From Candidatus Eiseniibacteriota bacterium (GTDB lineage: Bacteria > Eisenbacteria > RBG-16-71-46 > SZUA-252), in the NCBI GenBank assembly GCA_963703225.1, contig OY969801.1, positions 1,536,001 to 1,600,000 of the forward strand: 64,000 nt of DNA, read 5' to 3'. The notes beneath the pieces were generated by a model that saw only the letters and a list, made by a program, of their open reading frames with translations, was not told the DNA's origin and did no database searches. The stretch's first letter is position 1; the number at the start of each line of letters is the position of its first letter. Shown here piece by piece: positions 1 through 9,160 of this stretch. Position numbers and translations under genes: made by a program.

Positions 1-783
1 ACCGGCTCGGTCGAGCACCGCCTGGTAATCCTCGCGCATCGTCTTGAACTCTTTAGCCCCGATGTTGAACGTGTCGTTGACGACCGCGGCATCCAGGGTC
101 ATGCAGAGCCCGATGGCCTGGCAGAGATCCTCGACGTCCAGGAGCTGGTATCGGTTCTTCCCCGAGCCGATCATCGGGAAACCGCGGCCGTCCTGAGCCC
201 AGTCGTACAGCATGGCGAAGACCCCGAGCCGCTCCGGGCCGATGAAGCTCTTGGGCCGGATGATCGGGACGCACATCCCCCGGGCGCGAAACTCCGCGCA
301 GACCGCCTCCGCCTCGACCTTTGCCTTGCCGTAAGGTCCCACGCCGTCGAGGCGATCGGTCTCCAGCAGCGGATGGTGGTCGGGGATCCCGTAGACCGCG
401 GTCGAGGAGATGTGGACAAACCGATCGACGCGGCGGCTCTGGGCGCTCTCGAGCAGGCGGCGCGTCCCGTCGATCCCGGTGGTGAGGATGTCCCGCGCGG
501 GATAAAGGGGCAGCGCCATCGCGCCGTGGACGACCGTTCCCACACCCGTCATCGCGGCCTCCACGGCGGCGGGGTCGCGAATGTCTCCGACGATGGCTTC
601 GATCTTGTCCTTGGAGTCGGCGTAGTCGAACGGAAGGAGGTCGAGTGAGCGGACGCGATACCCGCGCGCCAGGAGGTACCGGATCAGATTGATGCCGGTG
701 AACCCGGATCCCCCCGTGACGAGCACAAGGCCGGCGTCACGACCTCCCCCTGCCGCCCTCCGATCCCCGGATGCCTCGATCAA
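1..783 (-). CDS. NAD-dependent epimerase/dehydratase (extended SDR), runs off the window edge
   Basis: Hand translation gives [19 protein letters not shown] and YGKAK motifs. TTG start overlaps the trpB stop, with GAGGAGG upstream. Confidence 0.85.
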   Translation of the reverse strand, partial: MIEASGDRRAAGGGRDAGLVLVTGGSGFTGINLIRYLLARGYRVRSLDLLPFDYADSKDKIEAIVGDIRDPAAVEAAMTGVGTVVHGAMALPLYPARDILTTGIDGTRRLLESAQSRRVDRFVHISSTAVYGIPDHHPLLETDRLDGVGPYGKAKVEAEAVCAEFRARGMCVPIIRPKSFIGPERLGVFAMLYDWAQDGRGFPMIGSGKNRYQLLDVEDLCQAIGLCMTLDAAVVNDTFNIGAKEFKTMREDYQAVLDRAG

Positions 784-2009
784 GAGATTCCCTCCTCACG
801 GGGTCGTTTGAACTTGGAGACGATTCCCAGATCCTTGTCGCCCCGTCCCGAAAGGTTGGCGACCACGAGGGCGTCTCTGGCGATGGTCCCTCGCTTCCCT
901 TCGCGGAGCACCCACGCCAGTGCGTGCGATGACTCCAGCGCGGGAAGGATGCCCTCCCGTGCGGGCCAGAATGTCGAACGCGCCCAAGCGCCTCTGGGTC
1001 GGTGGCGAAGTGGTACTGTACCCGGCCCGACGCGGCGAGCGCCGCATGCTCCGGACCCACCGCCGGGTAGTCGAGCCCCGCTGAGATCGAGTGGGTCTCG
1101 CGCACCTGCCCCGCCTCGTCCTGAAGGACGAGCGATCGCGTCCCGTGGAGCACGCCGGTTGCTGGCTCCGCGAACCGTGCCGCGTGGCGCTTGCGTCGCG
1201 ATCCCCTCCCCTCCCGCCTCGACGCCGACCATCGCCACGGTGGCGTCGCCCAGAAACTCGTGGAAGAGCCCGATCGAGTTGCTCCCGCCGCCGACGCACG
1301 CGACGAGGAGATCAGGCAAACGGTGCTCGGCGGCCAGGACTTGCCCGCGCGTTTCCCTCCCGATGACCGACTGGAAATCGCGGACCATGGTCGGGTAGGG
1401 GTGCGGCCCCAGGACCGAGCCCAGGAGGTAGTGCGTCGATCGTACGTTCGCCGACCAGTCGCGCATCGCCTCGTTGATGGCGTCCTTGAGCGTCCGGCTT
1501 CCCGAGGAAACCCCTCGCACCTCCGCGCCGAGGAGCCGCATGCGATCGACGTTCGGCCGCTGGCGCTCCATGTCGATCTCGCCCATGTAGACGACGCACG
1601 TGAGCCCGTACCGCGCGCACGCCGTCGCGGCCGCCACACCGTGCTGGCCGGCGCCCGTCTCCGCGATCACCCGGCTCTTTCCCATCCGACGAGCCAGGAG
1701 GGCCTGACCGATCGCGTTGTTGATCTTGTGCGCGCCCGTGTGGAGGAGATCTTCGCGCTTCAGGTAGACCCGCGCCAGCCCGGCTGCCTCCGCGAAACGG
1801 GACGCGAGAAGAAGCGGCGTCGGCCGGCCGGCGAATTCCCGAAGCTCGCGGTCGAGATCGGCTGCAAAGCTCGGATCCCGCCGTGCCTCGTCGTAGGCGA
1901 CGGCGAGATCGAGCACCGGGGTCAGCAGGGTCTCCGGCACGTAGATTCCGCCAAACTCGCCGAACCGCCCGGGCGTGGGGGCCGTGGCTGGGGCTTGGGC
2001 CGCCGTCAC
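780..2009 (-). CDS. trpB: Tryptophan synthase beta chain; three apparent +1 frameshifts near 1190, 985 and 958
   Basis: [22 protein letters not shown] and AETGAGQHG in the main frame. [15 protein letters not shown] lies in an alternate frame, and ALESSHA returns to the original frame. Confidence 0.95.
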   Translation of the reverse strand: MTAAQAPATAPTPGRFGEFGGIYVPETLLTPVLDLAVAYDEARRDPSFAADLDRELREFAGRPTPLLLASRFAEAAGLARVYLKREDLLHTGAHKINNAIGQALLARRMGKSRVIAETGAGQHGVAAATACARYGLTCVVYMGEIDMERQRPNVDRMRLLGAEVRGVSSGSRTLKDAINEAMRDWSANVRSTHYLLGSVLGPHPYPTMVRDFQSVIGRETRGQVLAAEHRLPDLLVACVGGGSNSIGLFHEFLGDATVAMVGVEAGGEGIATQAPRGTVRGASNRRAPRDAIARPSGRGGAGARDPLDLSGARLPGGGSGACGARRVGPGTVPLRHRPRGAWARSTFWPAREGILPALESSHALAWVLREGKRGTIARDALVVANLSGRGDKDLGIVSKFKRPREEGIS

Positions 2010-2638
2010 GAGCGCTTCGGCCGTACCCGGTCCGCGGCGCGGATCCGCTCGACGAACGCGCGGACCTTCTCTTGGCTCTTCTTCCCGATCTCGGACTCCA
2101 GACCACTCGAAGCATCGACGCCGAAGGGGCGCACGTCCAGGATCAACGGCTCGACGTTCCCGGCGTGCAGCCCGCCAGCGACGATGAGCCGCCGGCCGTG
2201 GACGACGCAGCGCTTGGCCCAGGCCCAGTCCGCGAGGATGCCGGTCCCGCCCGGTTTCCGATCGTCGTGGGCATCGAGGAGATAGGTCCGTAGAGGAACC
2301 ATGGGAAGCTGGGGCGGATCGGGCAGCGTTTGCCCGCGGAGGACGTGCCACACCTCGAATGGCGGGACGATATCGAGGTCCAGCCAGCCGGCGACCTGGA
2401 CCGCGCTCAGGTCGAGCTCTTGAGCGATCGGTGCCACCCGATCGGGACGCTCATCGGCGAAGACGCCGACGACGTGGGCTTCGGCCGGGAGCGAGGCGCG
2501 GATCGCCTGGGCGCGATCGAGTGGAACGCGACGAGGGCTTTCGGTGAGTACGAGCCCGATGGAGTCGGCCCCCGCCTCGAACGCCATCCGCGCGTCGGCC
2601 GCGTTCGTGATGCCGCAGATCTTGATCCGGGTTCTCAC
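2006..2638 (-). CDS. trpF: Phosphoribosylanthranilate isomerase
   Basis: IKICGIT, GGTG, AGGL and GVDASSGLE motifs; operon context. Confidence 0.95.
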   Translation of the reverse strand: MRTRIKICGITNAADARMAFEAGADSIGLVLTESPRRVPLDRAQAIRASLPAEAHVVGVFADERPDRVAPIAQELDLSAVQVAGWLDLDIVPPFEVWHVLRGQTLPDPPQLPMVPLRTYLLDAHDDRKPGGTGILADWAWAKRCVVHGRRLIVAGGLHAGNVEPLILDVRPFGVDASSGLESEIGKKSQEKVRAFVERIRAADRVRPKRS

Positions 2639-3453
2639 GCGCGCGACCTTCCGGCGGGCGGCTCGGAGATCCCGAGCAGCTCCTGGAGCGCCTTCGCCGG
2701 CGTCTCGGCCCGGAGCAGGGTTTCACCGACCAGGACCGCGTCGGCGCCGATCCGCTCGAGCGCCTCCATTTCGGCGCGCTCCCGATATCCGCTCTCGGCG
2801 ACCCGGAGACGGTCGGCCGGAATGGTCGGAATGATCCGCTCGGCCCACCCGCGACGGACTTCCAGGGAGCGGAGGTCCCGGTTGTTCACCCCGATTCCGG
2901 CCCCCTCGATCTCCAGGGCACGCTCCAGCTCCCGCTCCTCGTGTACCTCGACCAGGCACTCCAACGAAAGCTCCCCCGCGAGCGCGGCGTAGTCCCGAAG
3001 CTGGCCCGGGCTCAAGAGTCCCACGATCAGGAGCGCGGCGTCGGCGCCGGCCGCGCGGGCCTCGTAAAGCTGTCTCTCGTGAACCACGAAGTCTTTAAGC
3101 AGGACCGGGAGCTGAATCCGCTCCCGGACTCGGGAGAGATGCTCGATCGAGCCCCCGAAGCGGGACGGCTCCGTCAGCACGGAAATGGCCGATGCCCCCG
3201 CCTTCTCGTAGGCTATGGCGATGGCGGAGGGATCGTAGTTCGGACGCAGAACCCCGGCGCTGGGCGACGATTTCTTGACCTCCGCGATCAATCGAAGCGG
3301 AGCGCCCTCGGGGCGTCGAAGCGCCTCCGCAAAGGGACGGACGTCGCCGCCCCGCATCTCGGCCCGGTCTCTCAGCTCGGCGATCGAGACCCGGCGCTCC
3401 TCCTCTCGGACGCGCTCCCGCCGCTCCCGCGCGATCTCGGTGAGAAAGTCCAC
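2635..3453 (-). CDS. trpC: Indole-3-glycerol phosphate synthase
   Basis: IAEVKKSSPS, SVLTE, GVNNRDL and VAESG motifs. Confidence 0.95.
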   Translation of the reverse strand: MDFLTEIARERRERVREEERRVSIAELRDRAEMRGGDVRPFAEALRRPEGAPLRLIAEVKKSSPSAGVLRPNYDPSAIAIAYEKAGASAISVLTEPSRFGGSIEHLSRVRERIQLPVLLKDFVVHERQLYEARAAGADAALLIVGLLSPGQLRDYAALAGELSLECLVEVHEERELERALEIEGAGIGVNNRDLRSLEVRRGWAERIIPTIPADRLRVAESGYRERAEMEALERIGADAVLVGETLLRAETPAKALQELLGISEPPAGRSRA

Positions 3454-4479
3454 TCAGTCGTCCCCCGCGGTTTGGGAAATCTCGATGTATCGATTCAGCG
3501 TCCGCGCGGCCGCGCCCGAATCGAGCACCTCCTGCGCGACCTCCACGCCCGCTTCCACGCTTTTCACCCGCTCGGCCACCCAGAGCGCCGCCGCGGCGTT
3601 CAGGACGACCGCGTCGCGCCGCGGGCCTGGCTCGCCGGACAGGATGGCGCGCGTCACGGCGGCGTTCTCTACCGCCGTTCCCCCTCGCAGCGCGGCGCCG
3701 GGGGCCGCGGCGAGGCCGAGCGCACCCGCCTCGATGCGGACCGGGCGTGGGGCGCTCCCCTGCTCGGCAAGGACCGCCTCGTTTCCGCCCTCCAGGGAGA
3801 GCTCATCCAGGCCGCCTCCACCATGTACGACGAGGGCGCGGGTGAGCCCCAAAGCCTGGAGCACGCGGGCCATCGGCTCGAGGCGCGCGCGGTCGGAGAT
3901 CCCGACGAGCTGATGCGTGGCGTGTGCCGGGTTGGCGAGCGGCCCGAGCCAGTTGAACAGCGTCCGCACGCCCAGCGTCTCCCGCACCTTCGCGACGCGG
4001 CGTACGGAGGGGTGGAACCGGCGCGCGAAGAGGAAACAAAAACCGGTCTCATGAAGAGCGCGCGCGGCGCCCTGGGGACCGAGGTCGATCCGCGCTCCCA
4101 GCGCTTGGAGCACATCGGCGCTCCCGCAGCGGCTCGAGACCGAGCGGTTCCCATGCTTGGCGACGGTCACGCCCGAAGCGGCGGCGATCAGGGCGACGAT
4201 GGTCGAGATGTTGAACGTGTGGGAGCCATCCCCGCCGGTGCCGCAGGTGTCCAGCACGATGCCGCGCGGCGTGGGAAACGGGACCGCCTCCGCGCGGAGC
4301 GCCTGGGCGCTCCCGATGAGCTCTTCGTCCGCTTCCCCGCGCTGCGCGAGCGCGATGAGGAACGCCGCCACCAGCGCGTCGTCGTTTTCGCCCCGGACGA
4401 TGGACGTCATGGCTCCGGCCGCTTCGTCCCGGTTCAGGCGATCCCCGCGCAGAAGCCGCGGGAGAAGCTCGCGGATCAT
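3454..4479 (-). CDS. trpD: Anthranilate phosphoribosyltransferase
   Basis: DTCGTGGDG, NIST and KHGNRSVSSRCGSAD; ATG at 4479 overlaps the trpG stop. Confidence 0.95.
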   Translation of the reverse strand: MIRELLPRLLRGDRLNRDEAAGAMTSIVRGENDDALVAAFLIALAQRGEADEELIGSAQALRAEAVPFPTPRGIVLDTCGTGGDGSHTFNISTIVALIAAASGVTVAKHGNRSVSSRCGSADVLQALGARIDLGPQGAARALHETGFCFLFARRFHPSVRRVAKVRETLGVRTLFNWLGPLANPAHATHQLVGISDRARLEPMARVLQALGLTRALVVHGGGGLDELSLEGGNEAVLAEQGSAPRPVRIEAGALGLAAAPGAALRGGTAVENAAVTRAILSGEPGPRRDAVVLNAAAALWVAERVKSVEAGVEVAQEVLDSGAAARTLNRYIEISQTAGDD

Positions 4480-5069
4480 CGCCCTCCGGCTGGCAACGGC
4501 GCGGGGAGCAGGAGGAGAAAGTTGCGGAGGATATCCTTGCCTGCGACGGTCAGGATCGACTCGGGGTGAAATTGGACGCCCCACGTCTCGTGCTCCTTGT
4601 GCCGGATCGCCATGATTTCGTTCTCGGGGGTCCAGGCCATGACCTGAAGCGTCTCCGGCAATCCATCGCGCGCGACGAGGAGGGAATGGTACCGTGTTGC
4701 CTGGAAAGGGTTGTCGATGTCCAAAAAGAGCCCCCGTCCCGAATGAATGACCGACGAGGTCTTCCCGTGGACCAGGCGCTCCGCGCGGACCACCTTTCCG
4801 CCGAACACCTCCCCGATGCACTGATGCCCGAGGCAGACGCCGAGGATGGGAATGGTGCCGGAGCAGCGGCGGACCACCTCGCAGCTGATCCCGGCCGACG
4901 AAGGCCGCCCGGGGCCGGGCGAGATCACGATGGCCCGTGGGCGCATGGCGATGATCTCGTCCACGGTGATCTCGTCGTTCCGCTTCACGATCGGCGTGTC
5001 GCCCAGCTCTCCGAGATACTGGACCAGGTTCCACGTGAAGGAATCATAGTTGTCGATCATCAGGATCAC
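4476..5069 (-). CDS. trpG: Anthranilate synthase component II (glutamine amidotransferase)
   Basis: IDNYDSFT, SPGPG, GVCLGHQ, RYHSL and QFHPES. Confidence 0.95.
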   Translation of the reverse strand: MILMIDNYDSFTWNLVQYLGELGDTPIVKRNDEITVDEIIAMRPRAIVISPGPGRPSSAGISCEVVRRCSGTIPILGVCLGHQCIGEVFGGKVVRAERLVHGKTSSVIHSGRGLFLDIDNPFQATRYHSLLVARDGLPETLQVMAWTPENEIMAIRHKEHETWGVQFHPESILTVAGKDILRNFLLLLPAPLPAGGR

Positions 5070-6541
5070 GATTCGAGTCCTCTGGCGGCGAGACGAACGG
5101 CCTCTTCCACGGCTCGGCCCTTGTTCCACGTCTCGGTCCACTCTTCGTCCGGGTCGGAGTCGGCCACGATTCCAGCGCCCACCCCGCACTCGACCCGCCC
5201 TCCGTCGAAGAAAGCGGTCCGGATCGTGATGCAGAAGTCGGCATTTCCCTGGTAGTCAAAGTAGCCCATCGCGCCCGCGTACGCGCCGCGCCTCACGCCT
5301 TCCAGCTCCTCGATGATCTCCATCGCCCGCTTCTTGGGCGCCCCGCTCACGGTACCCGCAGGAAAGCAGGCGCGGAGCACGTCGAAGGGGCCGAGGCCCG
5401 GGCGGAGCGTCCCCTCGATATGGCTCACGAGGTGCATGACGTGCGAAAAACGCTCCAGGTGCATGAACTCGCTGGTCTTGACGCTCCCCACCGCCGCCAC
5501 GCGGCCGACGTCGTTTCGGCCCAAGTCCACCAGCATGACATGCTCCGCCCGATCCTTCTCGCTCGCCAAAAGCTCCCGCCCCAGCGCGGCGTCCTCCGCG
5601 CGGTCTTTGCCCCGAGCCCGGGTCCCCGCGATGGGCCGCAGCGCGACCCGATCCCCCGTGACCCGGACCAGGATCTCGGGCGAGGACCCCGCCACCGCCC
5701 GCTCGCCGTACCGGAGGTAGAACATGTAGGGCGACGGGTTCAAGACCCGGAGCGCCCGGTAGACGTCATAGGGAGAGACAGGGACCGAAGCCTCCAGCCG
5801 ATGCGCCAGGACCACCTGGACGACATCGCCGTCCCGAATGTGCTCTTTGGCCTTCAATACGGCTGTCTTGTAGGCCTTTTCACCGATGTTACTTATGAGC
5901 TTGATCTCACCATTCACTGGAGGTGATGCCCGGGGTGCTGGAATGGGTGCTTTGAGCCTGGTCTCCATCTCTTCGATCGTGGCGACCGCCTCGCGATAGG
6001 AGCGGTCCGGTTGGTCTCCGGGCCGGCTGTTCACCACGAAGCGCAGGCGATGGCGGAAGTTATCAAAGATCAGAACCACGTCCGGGAAGACGAAATGGAG
6101 ATCGGGCTGCCTCTTCTCATCGGCCAATCGGACGGGAAGCTTTTCGAGCAGACGGGCGTAGTCGTAGCCGATCATCCCCACGGCCCCGCCGCTGAACGGG
6201 GGTAACCCCGGAACCGAGGCCGCGCGCACTTCCGCGATCAGCTTCCGGAGCGCCTCCAGGGGGTCGGGGGCCGTGATCCTCTCCGTCCTGTCTCCCCGCT
6301 GAATCTCGACCGACGAGCCCTTGGACCGAAACTCCATCGACGGCCGGAAGCCCAGGATGGAGTATCGCCCCCACGTCTCGCCCCCTTCGAGGCTCTCGAG
6401 AAGGAAAGACGCATCGCCTCGATCGAGCTTCGCGAACGCCGAAACCGGCGTGTCGAAGTCGGCGAGGATCTCCCGCATGACGGGCACCACGTTCGAGCCC
6501 CGCGCGTAGCGCAGGTATTCTTCCAGCGTCGGGGTGATCAT
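5066..6541 (-). CDS. trpE: Anthranilate synthase component I
   Basis: LLES, NPSPYM, PIAGT, EHVMLVDLGRND and GAPK. Confidence 0.95.
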   Translation of the reverse strand: MITPTLEEYLRYARGSNVVPVMREILADFDTPVSAFAKLDRGDASFLLESLEGGETWGRYSILGFRPSMEFRSKGSSVEIQRGDRTERITAPDPLEALRKLIAEVRAASVPGLPPFSGGAVGMIGYDYARLLEKLPVRLADEKRQPDLHFVFPDVVLIFDNFRHRLRFVVNSRPGDQPDRSYREAVATIEEMETRLKAPIPAPRASPPVNGEIKLISNIGEKAYKTAVLKAKEHIRDGDVVQVVLAHRLEASVPVSPYDVYRALRVLNPSPYMFYLRYGERAVAGSSPEILVRVTGDRVALRPIAGTRARGKDRAEDAALGRELLASEKDRAEHVMLVDLGRNDVGRVAAVGSVKTSEFMHLERFSHVMHLVSHIEGTLRPGLGPFDVLRACFPAGTVSGAPKKRAMEIIEELEGVRRGAYAGAMGYFDYQGNADFCITIRTAFFDGGRVECGVGAGIVADSDPDEEWTETWNKGRAVEEAVRLAARGLES

Positions 6542-8268
6542 GCTCCTCTCGCGGCCGCCGTCTTTGCCCTGCGCGTGGGTGACACGTCCGCCGAGGCGGC
6601 TGCGGCGATGAGCTCGCGCGCCTGCCTTCGCGTGGTGGGGGTCACCCGGTCGCCGGCCAGAAGCCGGGCCACCTCGTCCACGCGTTCCGTCCCCGTCAAC
6701 GCGCGGACGGTCGTGGACGTCCTTCCCTTTCGCGTCGCCTTGGTCACCTCGAAATGGGTCTGGCCAAACGCCGCGATCAGTGGCAGGTGGGTGATGCAGA
6801 GCACCTGGCGACGCTCGCCGATCCCCCGAAGCAGGCGGCCCACTTCCTCCCCGACGGCGCCCCCAATCCCTTGGTCGACCTCGTCGAAGATCAGCACCGC
6901 CACCTGGTCCCGTTCCGCCATGAGCGACTTGATCGCGAGCATGACGCGCGAGAGCTCGCCGCCCGACGCGATGCGCCGGAGGGGCCGCTCCGCTTCGCCG
7001 GGATTGGGCCGAAACCCGAATTCTAGGGCGGGGATCGCCGCGGGGTCAATCGCCGCTCGCGACCGATCCACCTCCACAGCGCGCACGGCGAGCGCGGCGC
7101 GCGAGAATCCGACACGGGAGAGGCGCTCGCCCACGTCCTCCTGGAACGCGGCGAAGCGATCGGCGCGATGGGTCATGAGGGCGTCGAGCCTCCGCTCGTA
7201 GGCCTGCAGCCGGTCGTCGTGCTCCCGCTCGGCGCGCTCCAGTTCCCGTCCGCTGGGGTCAAATCCCTTCACCTTCGCCCCCAGCTCTTCTTCCAGCGCG
7301 ATGAGGCCGGGGAGGTCCACCCGGTGCTTCCGTTTCAGCCGATGGATGAGATCGAGCCGTGCTTCCAGAGCATCCAAATCGGAAGGCTCCCCGCCCAGCA
7401 GCGCCTCGAGGCGCTCCAACCTCGCGTCCAGCTCGCCGATTGCATCCAGGACGCGCTCGGCTTCGCCGCCTAGGTCCGCGAGCCCGGAGTCGAACGCCTC
7501 AAGACCGCGCAGCGATCGCGCCGAACGCCGGACTCGCTCGGCCGCGCCGCCCTCCTCGGCCCCGAGGGCCACGCGGGCCCCGGCGAGACCCTCGAGAATG
7601 CGGCCGCGATGCTGGAGCCTCGACCGCTCCTGCTTGGCGATCTCCTCTTCGTCCGACCGGAGCGCCGCCCGTTGCAGCTCCTCGTGATCTTCCCGAACCG
7701 TCGCCTCTTCGGCGCGGTCCCTCTCCCAGCGCTCGCGTGCTTCTCGCAGCCGGCGCCGTTCTTCCACCAGCCCTGCGCGCGCCACTTCGAGCGATCGACG
7801 CTCACCCAAGAGCCCCGCCCAGGCGTCGTAGAAGTCCGCCTGGCGCTCCGGTCTCAGAAGAAGCTGGTGCTCGTGCTGCCCATGGAGGTCGACGAGCAGA
7901 TCTCCCACCGACTTGAGGAGGGAGAGCGGAGCCGCCCGGCCGTTCACGAAAGCGCGGCTCTTGCCGTCGGCGTGGATCTCACGACGCAGGACGATCCGCT
8001 CTTCTTCCAGCTCGACCTCGAGCGCCTGAAGCGCGTCGGAGAGGTCGGGACGGCCGGCGAGCTCGAATGTTCCCTCCACCGCCCCGCGCGACTCGCCGGT
8101 CCGAATCCAGGTAGGATCGGCGCGCTCGCCCAGCAGGAGACCGATCGACCCCAGGACGAGCGACTTCCCCGCCCCGGTCTCGCCCGTCAGCACGTTCAGC
8201 CCTCGGCCGAACTCGAGATCGACGGAGTCGACGAGCGCCAGCCCCTGGATGGAAAGCCAGGCGAGCAT
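6538..8268 (-). CDS. recN: DNA repair protein RecN
   Basis: TGETGAGKS Walker A, IASGGELSR and FDEVDQG. Confidence 0.95.
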   Translation of the reverse strand: MLAWLSIQGLALVDSVDLEFGRGLNVLTGETGAGKSLVLGSIGLLLGERADPTWIRTGESRGAVEGTFELAGRPDLSDALQALEVELEEERIVLRREIHADGKSRAFVNGRAAPLSLLKSVGDLLVDLHGQHEHQLLLRPERQADFYDAWAGLLGERRSLEVARAGLVEERRRLREARERWERDRAEEATVREDHEELQRAALRSDEEEIAKQERSRLQHRGRILEGLAGARVALGAEEGGAAERVRRSARSLRGLEAFDSGLADLGGEAERVLDAIGELDARLERLEALLGGEPSDLDALEARLDLIHRLKRKHRVDLPGLIALEEELGAKVKGFDPSGRELERAEREHDDRLQAYERRLDALMTHRADRFAAFQEDVGERLSRVGFSRAALAVRAVEVDRSRAAIDPAAIPALEFGFRPNPGEAERPLRRIASGGELSRVMLAIKSLMAERDQVAVLIFDEVDQGIGGAVGEEVGRLLRGIGERRQVLCITHLPLIAAFGQTHFEVTKATRKGRTSTTVRALTGTERVDEVARLLAGDRVTPTTRRQARELIAAAASADVSPTRRAKTAAARGA

Positions 8269-8272
8269 GGCG

Positions 8273-9160
8273 TTATCCCCGCCGCGCGCGGGGGAGCTCC
8301 GCCCAGCCGAACTTGGCGCGGAGCACGCTGTAGAAAGAGCCGCGCTCGAGCACGAGGAGATCGACGTGCGACTTGGCGCGCCGGATGACGACCTCGTCGC
8401 TCGGGCTCAGGCGTCGAGAGAGTTGCCCGTCCACGGTGACCGCGGCGGGCGCGTGGCCGGCCCGAACCCGGACCCGGACCGATTCATCGGCACCTATCAG
8501 CAGAGGCCGGAACGCGAGCGTGTGCGGGCTGATCGGGGTGGTCACCAGCGCCTCGATCGTGGGCCTCACGATCGGGCCCCCGGCGGACAGGGAGTATGCG
8601 GTGGAGCCGGTGGGGGTCGCGACGATGAGCCCGTCGGCCACCAGGGTCCCGATCGGGGTCCGCCCGATCCCGATATCGATGGCGATGACCCGCGAGCGAT
8701 CGCGGGCGTGAATCACCGCGTCGTTTAGCCCTGTGGCCGTCCACGCGCGGCCCCGCGAGGGACGCACCACCGTTTCGACCATGATCCGACGCTCCACCTG
8801 ATAATCGCCGGCGAAGAGCCGAGACAGCGCCCGATTCAGGGACTCCTGGTTGGCGTCGGTCAAGAATCCCAGTCCGCCCAGGTTGACCCCAAAAATCGGG
8901 ATCCCGGTTCGGCCCACGGCTCGGGCTCCGTGGAGCATCGTCCCGTCCCCGCCGAGCACGAGGAGGACATCCACGTGACGCGCGAGCGTCGCGAGCGGTA
9001 GCCCGGCGCCGGCGCCGCGCACGCCGCGGGCGAGCGTCCGCTCGACCGTCACGCGGCGGCCTTTGCTCTTGATGCGGCGGATCAGCGATGGAAGAAGCGA
9101 CCGGACTTCCGCCTTTTCCCGGTTTCCGAATATCCCCACGTGCCGGGGCGGCAGGGTCAT
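8273..9160 (-). CDS. nadK: NAD kinase
   Basis: GGDGT, LND and TPTGSTAYSLSAGGP. Confidence 0.95.
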   Translation of the reverse strand: MTLPPRHVGIFGNREKAEVRSLLPSLIRRIKSKGRRVTVERTLARGVRGAGAGLPLATLARHVDVLLVLGGDGTMLHGARAVGRTGIPIFGVNLGGLGFLTDANQESLNRALSRLFAGDYQVERRIMVETVVRPSRGRAWTATGLNDAVIHARDRSRVIAIDIGIGRTPIGTLVADGLIVATPTGSTAYSLSAGGPIVRPTIEALVTTPISPHTLAFRPLLIGADESVRVRVRAGHAPAAVTVDGQLSRRLSPSDEVVIRRAKSHVDLLVLERGSFYSVLRAKFGWAELPRARRG

